Shown in pieces: positions 60,255 to 64,000 of a DNA stretch of 64,000 nt. The notes beneath the pieces were generated by a model. It was not told the DNA's origin. It did no database searches and saw only the letters and a list, made by a program, of their open reading frames with translations. The translations under genes were made by a program, and so were the position numbers. How positions within the stretch are numbered: the first letter of the stretch is position 1; every line of letters starts with the position of its first letter. This stretch comes from the human T2T-CHM13v2.0 reference genome, Homo sapiens. Location: assembly GCF_009914755.1 (NCBI RefSeq), contig NC_060926.1; one strand, given 5' to 3'.

Positions 60255-60996
60255 TTTTTATTTTAGGTTTGGGGGTACATGTGAAAGTTTGTTCCGTAGA
60301 TAAACATGTGTCACAGAGGTTTGTTGTACATAATATTACATCACCCAAGTATTAAGCCCAGTACCCAATAGTTATCTTTTCTGCTCCTCTCCCTCCTCCC
60401 ACCTTCCCCCCTCAAGTACACCCCAGTGTCTGTTGTTTCCTTCTTTGTCTTCACAAATTCTTATCATTTAGCTTCCACTTATAAGTGAGAACACGTGGTA
60501 TTTGGTTTTCTGTTCCTGTGTTAGTTTGCTAAGGATGATAGCCTCCAGCTCCATCCATGTTCCTGCAAAAGACATGATCTTGTGTTTTTTTTGTGGTTGC
60601 ATAATATTCCATGGTATACATGTACCACATTTTCTTTATTCTGTCTGTCATTGATGGGGATTGAGATTGATTCCATGTCTTTCTTTGCTATTGTGAACAG
60701 TGCTGCGATGAATATTTGCATACGTGTGTCTTTACGGTAGAATGCTTTATATTCCTCTGGGAATATGCCCAGTAATGGGATTGCTGGGTTGAATGGTAGT
60801 TCTTCTTTTAGCTCTTTGAGGAATCGCCATACTGCTTTCCACAGTGGTTGAACTAATTTACACTCCCACCAACAGCATATAAGGGTTCCCTTTTCTCTCT
60901 AACCTCACCAGCATCTGTTATTTCTTGACTTTTTAGTAGTAGCCATTCTAACTGGTGTGAGATGATATCTCATTGCGGTTTTGATTTGCATTTCTC
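60255..60996 (-). mobile_element. Older L1PA/L1PB 3' end
   Basis: Antisense 3'UTR and ORF2 C-terminus (FIAALFTIAK, ORF 60521-60721). Confidence 0.88.
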
Positions 60997-61695
60997 TAGA
61001 TATTTTAACCTCATTAATTAATGAGGGAACTACTAAGGTGTTATGATTGGTTCCAAGGAGAAATCTAAAGAACCACATTTACATTCAGTACAATAAATAC
61101 CAAAAATTTACAAATAAATGCAAAAACTACTCAATATTTACAGGATACTAATCAATTACATTCCACTGAACATCATAGCTAATTTTCATTTCTATGGACA
61201 GGAATAGTTTGCGTTCATTTTCTATTGCATTTCTATGAATAAGAATAACTTGCATTATTGTAAGGATTCTACAATTTTTGAAGTAAAATAGAATTGCTGT
61301 AATGTCTGTGAGAGAGAACTTTCTTTATCAATGAATTTAAATTATCATGGCTCATTCCAATAATAGTAAAAGTGAAGTATCAGTTGTATGACATTTAGAA
61401 GACTATTACCTTTTGTGGCTCTGGAAACATGGTTGACTCTCGTCACAATAAAAGTAATTCACTAATATTTATAATTCTCTACTCATCTTCAAGGGGTAGC
61501 TAATAATATGAAAATCAATACCCGTTACACTTTTTCCCCCCACTGGCTTGGGTGTTTTAAGATAAGATTTCTTTGTCTATTTGTTTCTTAATTGGAAGTG
61601 TGGGGTTGGAGTTTTTGGTAAAACTTAAAATTCTACTTAATACTACCCATTTGCTTTGCCAATTTATTCATGACAGCTTTTTTTCAATGTCTCAG

Positions 61696-61762
61696 GTGCT
61701 GGGAACTTAGTGCTGGAGACATCAAGTGGATTTATCAAGCACCGATCTTAGCAGCTATTGGG
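61696..61762 (+). CDS. PTH2R: PTH2R exon 9 (RCWELSAGDIKWIYQAPILAAIG; ECL2 and start of TM5)
   Basis: Acceptor gtctcag|G, donor GGG|gtaagt. 67 nt. Cumulative CDS is 981 nt and in frame. Confidence 0.96.
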
Positions 61763-62281
61763 GTAAGTTTAAAAGTTTGTATAGTTAAAAAAGGGATGAA
61801 AAATTAACCTGCTGCTAAAACCCAGAGAAAGTGTGTCTGTCACTGCATTCTACAACAGATCTGAGAAACTGACAAGTACAGCAACATCTATTGGGAGAGT
61901 CTGGGACAGAGATCAGACCCTTATTGTGACTGACACTGAGATCCATGCAGAAAGCCTTCCTTTAATCAGCTAGCACTTGGGGTCAATTCCGAGACTTCAA
62001 AATATCTATGAGCATTTATATGTTTAGGGAGTTGGAAGGCCCTATGTCTCCTTTTCATCCACGATATTATTTTACCACTTTAACATTCTGATCACCTGGT
62101 AGTAGGTCAGTGTGACAGGGAGGAAAAGGTGGAATAGCAGGAAAACAGAGAAATTACTGAGAGAGAAGAATGGTAATATGATGTATAAAGTATTCCCTAA
62201 ATCTTTTATTTGGCATACTTTCCCCAAGGAGTTAAGTACATCTTATACCAAGAAGTATCCCACATAATTCTATCTAATAGG

Positions 62282-62340
62282 TATTAGATAGAATTGAAAG
62301 TAATGGCAAAAAACACAATTACTTTTTCACTAACCTAATA
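62282..62340. mobile_element. MADE1 (Hsmar1 mariner MITE), left arm mostly lost
   Basis: 'attgaaagtaatggcaaaaaacacaattactttttcactaacctaata' matches the MADE1 spacer, right TIR and TA. Confidence 0.75.
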
Positions 62341-64000
62341 ATAGGGAGAAAGACCACAATGCATGTTGCACTGGACCTTATCTGCCTATAATATTTCCAA
62401 TGCACATTGCATCTGTGTTGCAAAGGAAAACAAAACCACACACTTCTTTGTATCTAATAAAACTTATCAAAATGTTTACTCTTGATCTTCTTTGAAGACT
62501 TTAAGGCATCAGCTTCTTTTGGGTTGTTGAAGAAATTACACCACCTTGTGTTTTCCTGGTGTTCATGTATGTAATACATATTACAAGCATTTTAAAAAAA
62601 TAATTACTATCTTGATAATAAATGTTAAATTAGAAAACAATGTAGCAACTTGATTATTAACTAATTTTGATGTTTTTCTTTGTTTCCCAGTTTCATATTC
62701 TTCTTGTTTTCTTTTGGACAATGTGTCACCTACTTTGTCAGAAGGGCAGCTATTAATGTAGTTGAGGTATTGTAACCTCATCCAAAGAATCAGATAAAAG
62801 CTTATTTACCTCATAGGAAAAATGCATAAAGAAAATAGGAGAGATCAAAAGGAATCTTCAGTTTAGAAGCCCATTGAAATAAATGTTTAGAGACGGAAAT
62901 AAAATACAGAACACGTTTAGAGAAGCTATTTTGTATCCTTGCTAAACCATCCTATTAACAAATTGGTCCCAATTCCATATATCCTAGGAGAAGCTCAAAA
63001 ATCGATTATGGATGAATGCATGGCTTAAATGTATAAACACCTGTAATTTTAATTTTTAATGTAAATCAAATGCTGCTACATTAATTTAGTGAAAAAAATC
63101 CTAGATCTGTAACTATATCCCTGAGAGACATCAGTGAACTTAAAGATAAAAATTAACTGCTCAGATTTCCCTTTCACTCATTGGTATTTAATCCTTATTT
63201 ATACTTTTAAGCCTTTTATTTTCCTCCTTTCTAGTTCCTCCTCTGTGTGTTTGCTTCTCCATATCTTACTATTATCTTTTTAAGGGAACAATCTTTATCT
63301 TGTTACTTTTTCTTTGCCTTCAGTGTCTTGTACTGAAACTGACCAATAAGAGTTAATTAATGCTCTTAATTTTACCCACATTTTAATATAATGATTATAT
63401 AATGATTAAATATGATTTTACATTTGATGAAAAGGAAGGACCTATTGAAATGCAAGAGATCCTTGTAAAATTATCAGGAATTGAAGCAAAGGACAGTGGA
63501 GAAAAGGAAATCCTAGGGCATTTTCCATGGAAATGACTGATTTTTATCCAAAGCTTTATAGTTTGTTTACAGATCTAAGTCACTCACATCATCACCATGG
63601 ATGAAAAATTTATTTTCTGAGATTTGTAACTTGTAATGTGAAACAGTAAAGCTAGGTGATTAAAGGGCTTTTGAAGATTCGCTGTTGGCGAAGGAGAAAT
63701 AGAAGTGATGGCACACTCAATAAACTTTGAAGAAAATTAATGTAGAAGGCCATTTTCATCTTCTTGAGCTAAAATTATGACAGTTCTAAGCTAAGAATTC
63801 TGAAGTACTTTTCCTATATTATGAAGTTGATTTAATCTCAAAAATCACAGCTGAGACTCAAGAATATCTTTCTGTTCACTAAGAGTTACCTTTTTGTTTC
63901 ATTATTATAATTTAGTGTTATCACAATTCCCTTGAAGGCTCTTAACTTACTCACAATCTACTAGTGTATCTGAAAGTTTTCATAAAATGTCAAGAATTGG

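Noticed and set aside
61690-61702. AG|GT at the exon 9 acceptor as a recursive splice site
   Set aside because: GTGCTG is a poor donor, and the bases are dictated by the Arg-Cys-Trp codons.

Overview
This is primate (very probably human) genomic DNA holding the 5' two-thirds of PTH2R, the parathyroid hormone 2 receptor (a class B1/secretin-family GPCR), on the + strand. I assembled coding exons 1-9 by hand. All junctions are GT-AG with consistent phase, and they join into 981 nt = 327 codons (MAGLGASLHV...QAPILAAIG) covering the signal peptide, the cysteine-rich ectodomain and TM1 to the start of TM5. The remaining exons lie beyond the window. A CpG island covers exon 1. The rest is intronic or upstream DNA dense in transposon fossils: Alus, L1, L2, MIR, MaLR/ERVL/ERV1 LTRs, hAT, Tigger and mariner elements. 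Nearly all ORF-track entries are repeat-derived or chance. I see no evidence for a new multi-gene system. The best second-look items are small-scale: (1) a twin-primed, 5'-inverted L1PA whose inversion point lies about 30 nt from the homologous position of the old antisense L1 it landed in; (2) a TAG-AAG-GTAATT combined acceptor/donor motif at exon 3; (3) two perfect 14-bp fold-backs that overwrite transposon sequence; (4) a hAT transposase fossil; (5) a sense THE1 LTR just upstream of exon 2. Repeat subfamily names come from recalled consensus sequences and are tentative.
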